Assembly: GCA_051362555.1 (NCBI GenBank)
Contig: CM120648.1
Span: 20,208,587-20,272,586, forward strand
DNA from: Lingula anatina
Lineage: Eukaryota > Animalia > Brachiopoda
Direction of reading: 5' to 3'
DNA length: 64,000 nt
Below the pieces are notes generated by a model. That model was not told the origin of the DNA and made no database searches. It was given only the letters and a program-made list of their open reading frames with translations. Made by a program: the position numbers and the translations under genes. Positions 37,101 to 47,135 of this stretch are shown here, piece after piece; the stretch's first letter is position 1; the number at the start of each line of letters is the position of its first letter.

Positions 37101-40100
37101 TATGGATGCCATGCCTTCCCAGCGGGTACTCGGCTTCATATGGGACACTAATGAGGATGCTATAACGTTTAGAACCCTTCAACCGAACCCTCCTGCAACC
37201 AAGCGTGGTATTATACGCACAATTGCTACCATCTTCGATCCTTGTGGGCTGTGCGGGCCATTTATCCTTGCTGCCAAGCATCTAATGCAGATACTTTGGA
37301 AGCGTGCGCTTGCTTGGGATGATGATCTACCAGAAGACCTACTGAGCATGTGGCCTGTCCTGGTTAATCGACCTTCCAAACATTGCGGGTATTCGAGTTT
37401 CACACTGCTACTCACCAGACCTATGGGAAGCACCAACTGTAGTAGTCCATATCTTCTGTGACGGCTCCGAAATTTCGTTTGGTTCTGTTGCCTATTTACG
37501 CATTGTTTCCACCAATGGTACAATTTCCGTTGCCTTTTTGCTGAGCAAGACCAGAATTGCACCCGTGAAGAAGCTGACGCTGCCACGACTTGAGCTACAG
37601 GCAGCTGTACTAGCTGCTAGAATTTACCTCAAACTTAAGGAGGAGCTACAGTTTGATGTAACCAAGGCCGTTTTTTGGACTGACTCGATGTCTACTCTGG
37701 GATACATCAAAAACACAACTCGTCGATTCAGACGTTTCGTTGCTAATTGCCAAGAAGAGATCCTTGATACCACGTCTGCCGATTGGTGGAGATATGTTCC
37801 AACTCTCTTCAACCCAGCAGTTTTTGCGTCCAGCTGCTATATAAGCTGGACGTTTTCTACAGCGGTATGCAGTGCGGCATCGACACACTCCGACGACCAC
37901 AGCTTGTAGCAACGACCGGCGGCTCGACAGCAGCGGTTCTCTCCAGCGCCTCGCACCGGCCTACGACTCTGCGGTCACCCCGGCGGCTCGACAGCAGCGG
38001 TTCTCTCCAGCGCCTCGCACCGGCCTACGACTCCGCGGTCACCCCGGCGGCTCGACAGCAGTGGTTCTCTCCAGCGCCTCGCACCAGCCTACGACTCCGC
38101 GTTAACCCTGGCGGCTCGACAGCAGCGGTTCTCTCCAGCGCCTCGCACCGGCCTACGACTCCGCGTTAACCCTGGCGGCTCGACAGCAGCGGTTCTCTCC
38201 AGCGCCTCGCACCGACCCACGACTCCGCGTTCTTGGACTTCGTTCTTGTTGCTTCTATCACCGTATCGTCCACAACACCAGCTACGTGACAAAAGTGGCC
38301 TGCATGGGGCAATCTTTTAATTGGCAATCGGTCTTACGCTACGATGCAGAGTATATGAAATCTCAGAGCGAGATTGGATTTCCATGGGGAACCGACAGCC
38401 CCTTTCTCATGCAGGTGTTGTTAAAACCGAATCCAACCCAACCAACAACCAGAGGGAAGCAAAATTATCCCTTCTATCGCTGAAATATGACTTTTCAATT
38501 TATGCGATCCATGTAGCCGGGGAAGAAAATAAAATTGCCGATTCCGTGTCACGAATACATGAGCCAGAACATTGCTCTCGTTTTCTCGAATTAGTCCATC
38601 ACTGGTTTTTAAGCTTTTACAGACAGCCGCCAGTGTATTTTCTGCAGGCCCATATGGCTAATTTCTCTTTTTCCTTTCTTTATCCCAGGCTCCGATAGAC
38701 AGAGACAACAAGTAAATGATGAGGTGAACTTCTGGAGAGCTCAACTTTTCTCGGCCTCTACTAAATCAACTTATAGATCACACCTACGAGCCTATATCAA
38801 GTTCTGTGAGGTAATCAACTGTAAACCGATTCCTTTATCCCCGCCAACATCAGCAGGTACGCTGCTTACCGGGCACGATCGTGCGCTTTCTCATCTCTTC
38901 TGCAGTACCTAAACATCGTCCGGATCATCCACAAGGATTTCGGACTTCCTAACCTTCTGTGTTCCTGGGAGCTGAAGACGAGTCTGTGTGGTATAAAGAG
39001 ACACAAAGGTGATCCGGGCTCTCAGAAAGCACCCATCCTTCCACCACAGCTTTTAAGCCTACGATCATTCCTCAACCTGAATGATTTAGAACAAGCACAG
39101 ACGTGGGCAGCTTGTCTGATCGCCTTCTTTGGAATGCTCAGAGTTAACAATATTACGGCCAGGTCTCAGACAGACAGCGGCCTATCTATATGTCGCCGCG
39201 ACTTGACATTTACAAAAAGAGGATGCACCCTAAGAGTGACCAAATCGAAAAACAACCAGTACGGCCAGAGAGCCCATATTGTTACACTCCCCTTCCGTCA
39301 CGGCAGCCCTTTGTGCCCCACAACAGCACTGACGAATTTTCTGAAGATATCAATGGACGTCCCGGAATCTGCGCCGTTCCTTGCCACTTCTAACAATGGA
39401 GGGACCACTCTCCTCACATCGGCAGGCTTTCGCCAAAAACTTGCACGGTCACTTCGAGGGACCGGACTTTCCACCGCGACGTACAATACTCACAGTCTCC
39501 GCAGGGGAGGAGCTACGTGGCTTCTATCCATCGGTACTCCTCTAGCGATGGTGAAGGCCATGGGAGACTGGTCTAGCGATGCGGTATTCCAATACACGAA
39601 CCTTCGGTGGATATGAAATATGATGTAATGCTGGGAACACTGAAGACAGTTTGAACTTGTGGTTAAATTATGAAAAATTTAAATTATTGGACTGGAAATA
39701 AACAACCTGTGACTGCCTCACTGTCATATGTCTAGCTACATGACAGTTTCTAAGTGCAATTACGTCTATTTCATTTTCACTCACCTACCCATACTCTGGG
39801 TTGGGAATTTTGAACAGCTGCAATTAGTAATATTGCTACCTGTATCTAAGTGTTGCAATTCATTGACATACGGGTTGATGTACTTTGTTGAAGTAGTTAA
39901 CGTTTATTGTAGTTATGTAATTTTATGTAAACTTTTATGTAGTTTAATAAATTTCTCAAGCCCGATAGTGGTTCTGGTTTTAAGTACCCTTTCCCTTTGG
40001 GAGTGGTATTTAAAACCACCACTAGAGGGACGCTTAGGCTGCAGGCTCCCGATTGGTCAGCCAGCTCACGTGGGGCATTCAAAATAATTGGCAGTTAGAG

Positions 40101-43100
40101 CCTGGCAGCCGTTAAAGCTGGACAGCGTGTAAGGGCGCTCGAGCCCATTTTGCTTCAATTAGAATCGGCTTAAGCATAAGCGTCGAAGATTTTCCCACCC
40201 TCCCGTCCCTCATATGGGCAGAAGGGGCTTCTTACATTTGCATTACACATTTTGGGTACATGCTCTTCATTTATTATGAAAGGTACATACGAACCGAGCA
40301 TTGGTGGAGCGTGGCTTCCCAGTAACACATGTTAAACACTTCTTCTAGTTTCTTATACGACTCAAATAAATTCGACATGCTAAGGGATAAACTGAATAGA
40401 ACACTCGATCAGCCATAAAAGAGCTTTAGACTGCTCCTTTCTTTAAATTTTTGGTTGTAAATTTAACCTACTTTCATGACCTACTTTTCCGCCCCATTGA
40501 CATACAGCATAAAATGCTAGCAGAAAAATCAGTTCAAACATCATTTTTAGGTAAAATTGAACAATGCCTTTTGATAATTCTCTTAGTTACACTACTTGAG
40601 ACTCTATGCTGGTATTTGGAAGGTTTTTGTGACAAAAAATTGACTTTGTATGCATCTTTAAACATTTGCGCTTAGTAAATGGGAATTTCGAACAGCTGCA
40701 ATTAGTAATATTGCTACCTGTATCTAAGTGTTGCAATTCATTAACATACGGGTTGATGTACTTTGTTGAAGTAGTTAACGTTTATTGTAGTTATGTAATT
40801 TTATGTAAACGTTTATGCAGTTTAAAACATTTCTCAAGCCCAATAGTGGTTCTGGTTTTAAACACAGATCTAAAGCCAAGCGCTCACCCTTGTCATCACT
40901 GTCCTTTAGTACCGGAGAGTTTTGTTTCTTCTTTTTCTTTTTCTTGTCTTTTTTAGATAGATTGTCTGAAATAAATTAAAATAAATAAAATATGAGGACT
41001 GAACAACTGTAAAGATGACTCAAGTACGCCAGTAGCCAATATAAACTAAATGTCACAGAGGTGGAAGTCACGACACTGGCGTTCATCTCGGAAGAACGGT
41101 ATGCGCGTTAAAGTAAAATAATGAGTTTTTTTTTTTTATTCAAGTAAAAAACAGGTATTAGTAACGGCCATGATGAAGGCATGTAAGTCGTCTTCAGAGC
41201 ATTCAATCAGCGAAATGCTCATTTGTGTACTAAAGTATTAATCCATTTTGTAGGCAAATATATTATTATTTTTTACTTTATATTTTCATCACATGACATA
41301 ACAGAGTGCTAACAACTCAAACATGTACCCGTATTCTGTGTTTGTGATGTTTTTTGGGCTGCATCACGTGGTGGTGCTTCACACGGAGCTGCGTTAAGTG
41401 GCTGCTGACCAGGCTCTTCTTGGGGAATTAGTGCCATTGCCGCCGCACCTTGCGCCGTCTGTCGGTTCAACTCATCCTCAATATTCAAAACGGCATCTAG
41501 TAAACTAGCTGCACTGGGGAAATCGTCTCCAGTATTCCGCAATCTTTGTTCGATCACCTGACGCACTGCATCTCGTCTGAAACCCATGTCTAAGACCGCC
41601 TGCACTGTCGGGGTGTCCAGGCGGGCTTTGATCTCCCGGGCCTCTACGTGGTAACTGCCTGGCGCACCTGCATACAAACAGGGTTCTGGTCACGTGATAA
41701 GGCAAAAAAGCAAGCTCAGCGAATTATTACAAGCATAAGGCTATGTTTTGCTTCAAGTTTTTGAAGGTTTGATGGGTCTAATCGCAAATAAGAAATGTAA
41801 GGACTTGTTCATTTACCTCAATATATCAACTAATTTTGCTAATTCTGTGAAGAACAATACAAATTGATTGAAATAACTGCATTCGTTAAATCGGATAGTT
41901 TATTGGCGTTGTTACTGTTTATTTATGAAGCTGAGTGCTGCTTTAAAACTTAAGAAATCTAGCCAGGCATATGCACTGGGTATATGATAGTTGTGTTTGT
42001 TGGTCAGGAACCCATGGATCACTAACCTTGTGGTCTTTGTGTTTGCGCTTGAGCCTGGGGAGGCTGAATAAAACAAACCAATATCAAATCAATATGAAAA
42101 GCCAATGTATAAGGCATTTGTCGACATGGGGTGCAGATATACACACAAAAGGCAACTTCTCCTTTTTATCGTTCATCAAGAAGTATGTATCTTGATTAAA
42201 GGAATGAAAACTCTTCGTATGAGATCTATATTTCACAATAAAAATAATATAAACAACTCATAAAAATAATATATATTCAGTTTTACCACAAAACGGCAGT
42301 AATAGCTATTATTCTGATATCTGAGCTTGTCATCGGACCACGCGACCTCCAAAGATGGCTATCGCCTGTTATATTCTCTTAAGAAATTATTACAAAAAAA
42401 AAAAAAAAAAAAAAAAAAACACAGGTACTAACTTTGAATGTAGAAATATATTTGTTACCCATTGGTAAGTATGGAAAGATTGCTGTTTACTCCAGGAAAA
42501 TTCATTTTTGGCCCAAACGAACAGTTACTATCCCTTCAACGATTATTGTGTTTTTAAAATGAAATTCAAATATCGCCTAATGCTTCAAGTTACAGAACGT
42601 ATTTAAAAGTCATCTAGCCTAAACCGTTCGTTTAAATTTGAATGATGTGATTAAATATATGCTTACCGGGTTGTTTGGCGAATTCCGTTCCTTGATCATT
42701 CGGATAAACTCATCCCCCTTGCACTGGCGTACAAAGCCACAACGTGGGAACCAACGCGCATGCTCAGTCCAAGGGTCGTCTTGTGGTTCCCAATTCCTCA
42801 GCCCTCCGTCACAGAAGAAGCACTTCACGTTGTCACCAAAGCCTGTTATTAACAAATATGAAACAAATATCAAAACGTTTCAACCATAAACTTAATGGAC
42901 CCTGTTACTCGTCTATCCCTGTTAACAAGATACCGTAGGTCAGCTGTCCATTTGTAAATATACAGGATCAGTTTATGATTAACGCCCGAGAGCTGTGAAG
43001 CGATTGTTAAACTTCACTTTCATCCTTACATTCTAAACACAGCGTGGCCTTGCTATAATATATGGCACGTTTCCTATAAATTTGGCATAACAAAATGATG

Positions 43101-46100
43101 TATGAGTTTATTTATAGTAATTATTTATTTGATGAATATATTGCAGTGAAAAATATAGTGGAGTTACCGGCGTAAAAGAACCCGGCCTTGGCGAGTTCTT
43201 CAGGACGCGGAATACGAGATGGCGGCCAGTCAGCAAAAGTCTGAACTCTGGTGTTTTCAATGGCGTATCTCTCGTGTTTGGGTCTCGCTGTTAGTATCCC
43301 TAGTGTGGCTCCAGTTGTGGCATCTATGAGGCGAAAACATAGAAGGACGAGTTTTAATGATCGACTTGATAAGTAAAGGCAGTTTAAAAACATTCAATAT
43401 TTGTGGTTTACGTCATTCCACTAACATGCATCCTAGATGTAATACACTATAAACCAAGGTTCGAGCAGAAACAGTGGCGCTGTGCTCTATTCCGAGTGAC
43501 GCCACGCAGGAATGCAAGAGTACAAGGAACAGAACAAGGTACGGCCTGTTGATGTCCGCCCGGACCTTAATAATACGGAGATTACAGAGTACAATTTTTT
43601 ATTATTTCGCGATAAGCACGGCGATTCGCATTTGAATCTAGTACGTAATTCTTGATTTAGGGTAAAAAATCCAGGTACCAACTGCGTTTTATAATCATGC
43701 TTCCCACCAAAGTGCTCGAATTATCAAAAAGAACAGCTGGAGCACCTTGCAAGCATTTTGAGATATTGTGAGCTTTGGGGTATCGTTTAATTAAATATGA
43801 TTCACTATGTATTTTGACCTAGCAGAACCGTTTGTCAAGATGAAAGTGTTAGAATCATTGATAACTCGTGCTTACTCTCTGATCCTGTTGTGCTGCCGCG
43901 CACAATGTGACTTTGTGATTCTGACACAGCAAGAGGAAGAGCTGTGCTTGGTTCTTCCACAGAAATGTTCCCGACTTCCAGTCCTAGGATGAACGGGCAG
44001 GTTGAAAGATATCTGCGGTGTTCCAGCATTGGTTGGTCACCTAAAACAAACGTCACCCACGATCAATATCATCATTCTGACGCTGAAGATTATTGTTCGT
44101 CCCACAGCAATGATTTGCCAAAACCAGCATTTAAGTTGCAAATCAATGTTTTAAGTTAATCTGTTATTTCAATATTGCATCAGTTTTGAAAGTTTAAAAG
44201 GCTGTTTTGGTAAATTTTGGAATGTTCACATTTTACATATTAGCAACCGTTTCCCTGTTTTTATCATTTGTACAAAATAGACAAGGATAGAACAAAGTTT
44301 CTTGCAATGAAAAAAAATCATACCCGGTTCCCAGTTCCTTAAAATCCCCTCACAGAAGGCACACTGTACCCGGTCCTCCGTGCCCACATAGAAGAATCCA
44401 GCTCTTGCCAAGTCTCTGGGTAGGACACTTGCTCCACTGGGCCAGTTGACGAATGTCGCCAGGCGGTCAGACTCGTTCCTCATCCGTGAAGGGACACATG
44501 TAGGTAGATGAGATGCATTATGTGGAGTTAAGAGGCCAGATGTGTTCTCATTAGAGCGTACACCACTGGCAACCCCAGCATGAGCCACAGTGCTACTTTC
44601 CAGCGGTGTGGTCTGCGGGATGTCGACCTCTGGAGAACTGATGCCCAGTGATCTGGATAGTGCTTGTTGACTTGACAGTAGTGAGGGCACATTGCAACCA
44701 TGGTCATGTGGTCTAGGCCTGGTGTTTGCTAAGTTTGGAAAAGGATCAACATTGGCGCCTATGTTGACATTAGAAACAGGGTCATCTCTGGGGAAAAGGG
44801 GAACATTCTCCGTTTCAGTCCCATTCATAAGTGGGCAATCTGGGAAGAAATTACGATGTCGCACTAGTGGATTGTCTCCACAGGTCCACTCCTTAAGTCT
44901 ACCTCCACAACTAAAACATACTACCTCGTCACTGTTTCCTGTGTAATGGAACCCTGACCGTGCAAGTCGCGTTGCTCTTACCGGGACCGAATTGGGCAAG
45001 TCTTTAAAACTGGACAGTCGCACTGCTTCGTAGCAGTATTCTTCCCCCACACGAAAGGGTGGTCCTTGTGCAGACCGAAGAAAGTACTCTTGAAGATGTA
45101 ATGGATATAAATGTATGCGTGTCCTGCCTGGGGCGTAGCTTGTTAAATATCGAAACAAATCTCTATGAAGAAAAACAGAAACTTGCCTGTACATATTGTG
45201 ATCGTCCTCCTCACCCTCACTGCCCTTGGCACATTTATTTTGTACCTCTTCTTTCTGTGGAACTCTGTCCCGATTAAAAAATTCCGCAACTCCATTTTGC
45301 ACCGATGACGTCACTGTTTGATGATCAAATTCTAGATCAGTTGTCACTGTGTTATCTTGTGCACTCACTTTTGTTAACAATGTGTAATCTGACTGGTATG
45401 CATGATGACAAGAAGTCTTCTCTTTCTTGCTTCCCAAGTTCTCCGCCAAACATATTCTTCCACGCTTTCCATCTTTGGCCAAATTTTCATTTTTCAAAGA
45501 ATTGCTTTTGTTAAAAGCTTCAATGGCTTTAGTCAAATCACAGACTGTGGAGTCGTTTGTAACAAAGAACCCCATTATGGATTGTTTTATCTGTTGACTA
45601 TTGTCTTTGCTTGTATTTTGAAACGGGATGTGTACGTAACGTAAATTCCGTCGTATTATTATTGGCTCAATTGTTTGAAACATAAGGGTTCTGACGCACA
45701 GATGATTTTCAAGGTAACTTTGGTAGATACTACTGGCTTCGTCAAACTGTAGTTGACACCATTGTTCACGCCAATAACACAAATTCATTGAGTTACCATC
45801 ATCCACGTCAGCTGAAGTGGTTTTTGCCTTGTCTGCAAGTGGCAGTAGATTTTCCAAAATACACCTTCTATTGCAGTGATCTTTATATTCCTGGGTAATG
45901 CTTTTCTTGTTTATGACAGCTGTATCGTATTTTGCGTCGCTGCAAAGAGTCTTTATCTCATCCAAACATCTATTTATTGATGCGAGGCATGGTATTTCAA
46001 ACAAATCAGCTTTCACAAGTAATCTTCTTTTATCTATTATATCCAAAAAGGCACACCTTTCTTTTAATTGTGATGATTCAACGCCGTCTTTCATTAGATT

Positions 46101-47135
46101 AAGTGCAATTAAGATAGCCAAAATAATGGAATTTAGAATAAAACAAAATAAAACAAAGTAATCTCTCTTGCGTCCAAAATATTCACCATTACAACATTTG
46201 TTTTCTGGCTCCCAATTGTCGCAGTAGGTCAGATAAGTGTTACTGTTTGTTTCTGTTTTCTTGTTTTTCTTTTCTTCATCTTGCATTCTCGAATTTCGTG
46301 ACAATAGTCCGGCAGTCATTTCACTGTCGAGAGTGAAATGCCTCTGTATGTGGCATCTGAAGGTTGACTTGCCCAAAAAACAAACATCATTTGGTGATAT
46401 ATTCACATGACCGTCAGCAAAGTTTTGTACGAAAAAGAAAAAATCAAGATAGGGAAACGGCAAATATTTCAGTCTTCCTTCTATTGCGATGCTTGATACA
46501 CTATGTGTTAGAATACATAAATTATTTAAACAATAACCTTTTGCCATGTTATTTTCACTTCCACTAAATTGCATTAGAGTTAAAGAAATATTTCCTCTAA
46601 TTATATGCCTTGTTAAAACTGTCCTGTAATCAAAGCATGTGTGTACTGGTCTGCACTGTACACCATTCGCTTGCTCTACAGACGACTGATTCCCTGGACA
46701 AAATTCCTCACAGCAATGTCCCATCTTCATGCATCTGAAGTACTTTTCGAGTGAATAAAAGGTGCATGCTGATTCAGAAATATGATTTGTGGGTAATTGA
46801 GGAACTTCAATCCATACATAATTAAAGTAGCAATGTTTTTCTTGCCCATGTGACCCACAGGTAAATTGGGTTTCTGGTATGGATACATGGCAAGCATTTA
46901 TCTGTGAGTTACAGTATATCTGTATTGGTTTTGAAATATGCACAACTAACAGAAGAGGTATTTCGAGTGTTTGCGATGCGCAGCATAAATAAATAACCTC
47001 TGCATTGGCCGTAATCAAAGTAACAAAGATAAAGAAAGAGCACAACAATTTCAATGTAGATTTCGTGTTGTACTTTGTATTTTTTATTTGCTTGAGGTAA
47101 AAATGCAGAAGAGCGTCAGCATGCTCTCTGGGCAT
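21984..47135 (-). CDS. Baculoviral IAP repeat-containing protein (cIAP/BIRC7-like; 3 BIR + UBA + RING), spliced model of about 1319 aa
   Basis: Exons 47135-44324, 44040-43876, 43323-43168, 42842-42667, 42063-42027, 41667-41329, 40965-40888, 22180-21984; all GT-AG with matching phases, total 3960 nt. Three Cx2Cx16Hx6C BIRs, UBA MGF motif, C3HC4 RING. Confidence 0.92.
23665..24403 (+). pseudogene. YR-retrotransposon ORF1 (Gag-like), 5' part
   Basis: MAEEFQSWV...DIQTVM; continues in frame at 38278 with a DIRS-type WQSVLRYD...W motif. Confidence 0.75.
24581..25038 (+). repeat. 64-bp GC-rich tandem repeat (about 7 copies) inside the 5' LTR
   Basis: Unit starts at 24581, 24645, 24709...; CGGCTCGACAGCAGCGGTTCTCTCCAGCGCCTCGCACCGGCCTACGACTCCGCGGTCACCCCGG. 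Confidence 0.95.
25317..26336 (+). pseudogene. BEL/Pao gag-pol fragments (5' of the LINE)
   Basis: Gag-like helical ORF 25317-25757 and RT fragments ending AIKN; continues after the LINE as [15 protein letters not shown]. Confidence 0.8.
26644..27579 (+). CDS. LINE ORF1p (coiled coil plus RRM-like domain)
   Basis: Coiled coil followed by [39 protein letters not shown], typical of L1/Tx1 ORF1. Confidence 0.88.
   Translation: MASNNPSENEQSGQRTSDKVPKKMLQLQINSTPAYIRHSNASGKRPQKKKRTRSNSMDLTENITVDELRSIQATLAEIKSEMIRKSDVKEIIAQMKHEIKQEVKEDIKQEMQQYLTDRLSLLSEKIDALYLENESLREKLSKQISDTRKSFDNLKETSHLAKTAVRMANHNQQYSQKNNIKFLNWPEKPKEDLRRDLCRILKEKVNVDISPASILGIHRIPGNSGGARPVIAKFVNTEEKTKVIKYRQALKGNFIMFDHITQKNAELIKILKGKEAVHSAWYFNGRIFARRNDGRRYTFDIFDDIDTKLKQ
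27895..32934. other. 5,040-bp unclassified insert in the LINE
   Basis: Non-LINE-like sequence between the putative ORF2 start (27812-27894) and the endonuclease domain; exact boundaries uncertain by about 10 bp. Confidence 0.6.
32935..36771 (+). CDS. LINE ORF2p (APE endonuclease, RT, zf-RVT) with one frameshift near 36075
   Basis: SVNCRGL, LQDTH, GDFN, RLDYF, SDH endonuclease; [28 protein letters not shown]; CSFC...HLFIEC in the 36055-36771 frame. No ATG in this segment; probable start at 27812. Confidence 0.9.
37092..37820 (+). pseudogene. BEL/Pao pol RNase H region (3' of the LINE)
   Basis: [47 protein letters not shown]; frameshifted. Confidence 0.85.
37920..38230 (+). repeat. 64-bp tandem repeat (about 5 copies) inside the 3' LTR
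   Basis: Same unit as 24581-25038. Confidence 0.93.
38278..38698 (+). pseudogene. YR-retrotransposon ORF1 3' part fused to RNase H C-terminus (RT deleted)
   Basis: [25 protein letters not shown]...W, then in another frame [23 protein letters not shown]. Confidence 0.75.
38655..39616 (+). pseudogene. Tyrosine recombinase (frameshifted)
   Basis: N-terminal [17 protein letters not shown]; catalytic [32 protein letters not shown]. Confidence 0.88.
40888..40965 (-). CDS. IAP exon: Lys-rich linker ([26 protein letters not shown])
   Basis: TTATTTCAG|ACAAT...AAGG|GTGAGC; 78 nt, phase 1-1. Confidence 0.75.
41329..41667 (-). CDS. IAP exon: UBA domain
   Basis: TGCAG|GTGCG...ACGG|GTACAT; reads [16 protein letters not shown]...[12 protein letters not shown]. 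Confidence 0.88.
42027..42063 (-). CDS. IAP 37-nt micro-exon ([12 protein letters not shown])
   Basis: TTTTATTCAG|CCT...CAAG|GTTAGT; converts phase 0 to phase 1, which the flanking exons require. Confidence 0.8.
42200..42535 (+). mobile_element. MITE with TTAA-type flanks (Kolobok/piggyBac-like), copy 1
   Basis: Homologous over its length to 58543-58875; ends TTAA|AGGAAT...TATCCCT|TCAA. Confidence 0.65.
42667..42842 (-). CDS. IAP exon: second half of BIR3
   Basis: AACAG|GCTTT...CCCG|GTAAGC; reads [32 protein letters not shown]. Confidence 0.93.
43168..43323 (-). CDS. IAP exon: first half of BIR3
   Basis: CATAG|ATGCC...GCCG|GTAACT; reads RVQTFADWP...LAKAGFFYA. Confidence 0.9.
43876..44040 (-). 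CDS. IAP exon: end of BIR2 and linker
   Basis: TTTTAG|GTGACC...GAGA|GTAAGC; reads [17 protein letters not shown]. Confidence 0.9.
44324..47135 (-). CDS. IAP large exon: N-terminal extension, BIR1 and first part of BIR2
   Basis: Open frame with RLSSF...[11 protein letters not shown]...HRNFFPDCP and RLATF...[13 protein letters not shown]; donor G|GTATGA at 44323; acceptor TTTCAG| at 47243. Confidence 0.9.

Larger units (their letters stand above)
24404..38277 (+). mobile_element. Second BEL/Pao LTR retrotransposon, multiply deleted, nested in the YR element
   Basis: 5' LTR 24404-25268 (TGT...ACA), PBS TGGTCTCGTGAGCCGGATT at 25270, Gag and Pol fragments ([55 protein letters not shown]), truncated 3' LTR about 37816-38277. 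Confidence 0.88.
23443..40861 (+). mobile_element. Tyrosine-recombinase retrotransposon (Ngaro/PAT-type split direct repeats), internally deleted and interrupted
   Basis: A1 23443-23640, B1 39802-39983, A2 39980-40193, B2 40680-40861 (A1...B1-A2...B2 layout); Gag-like ORF, RNase H tail and YR ORF inside; TTAA at both ends and at the B1/A2 junction. Confidence 0.88.

Noticed and set aside
39728-40956. Two near-identical hydrophobic ORFs (39728 and 40666)
   Set aside because: Both overlap the B1/B2 terminal repeats of the YR element.
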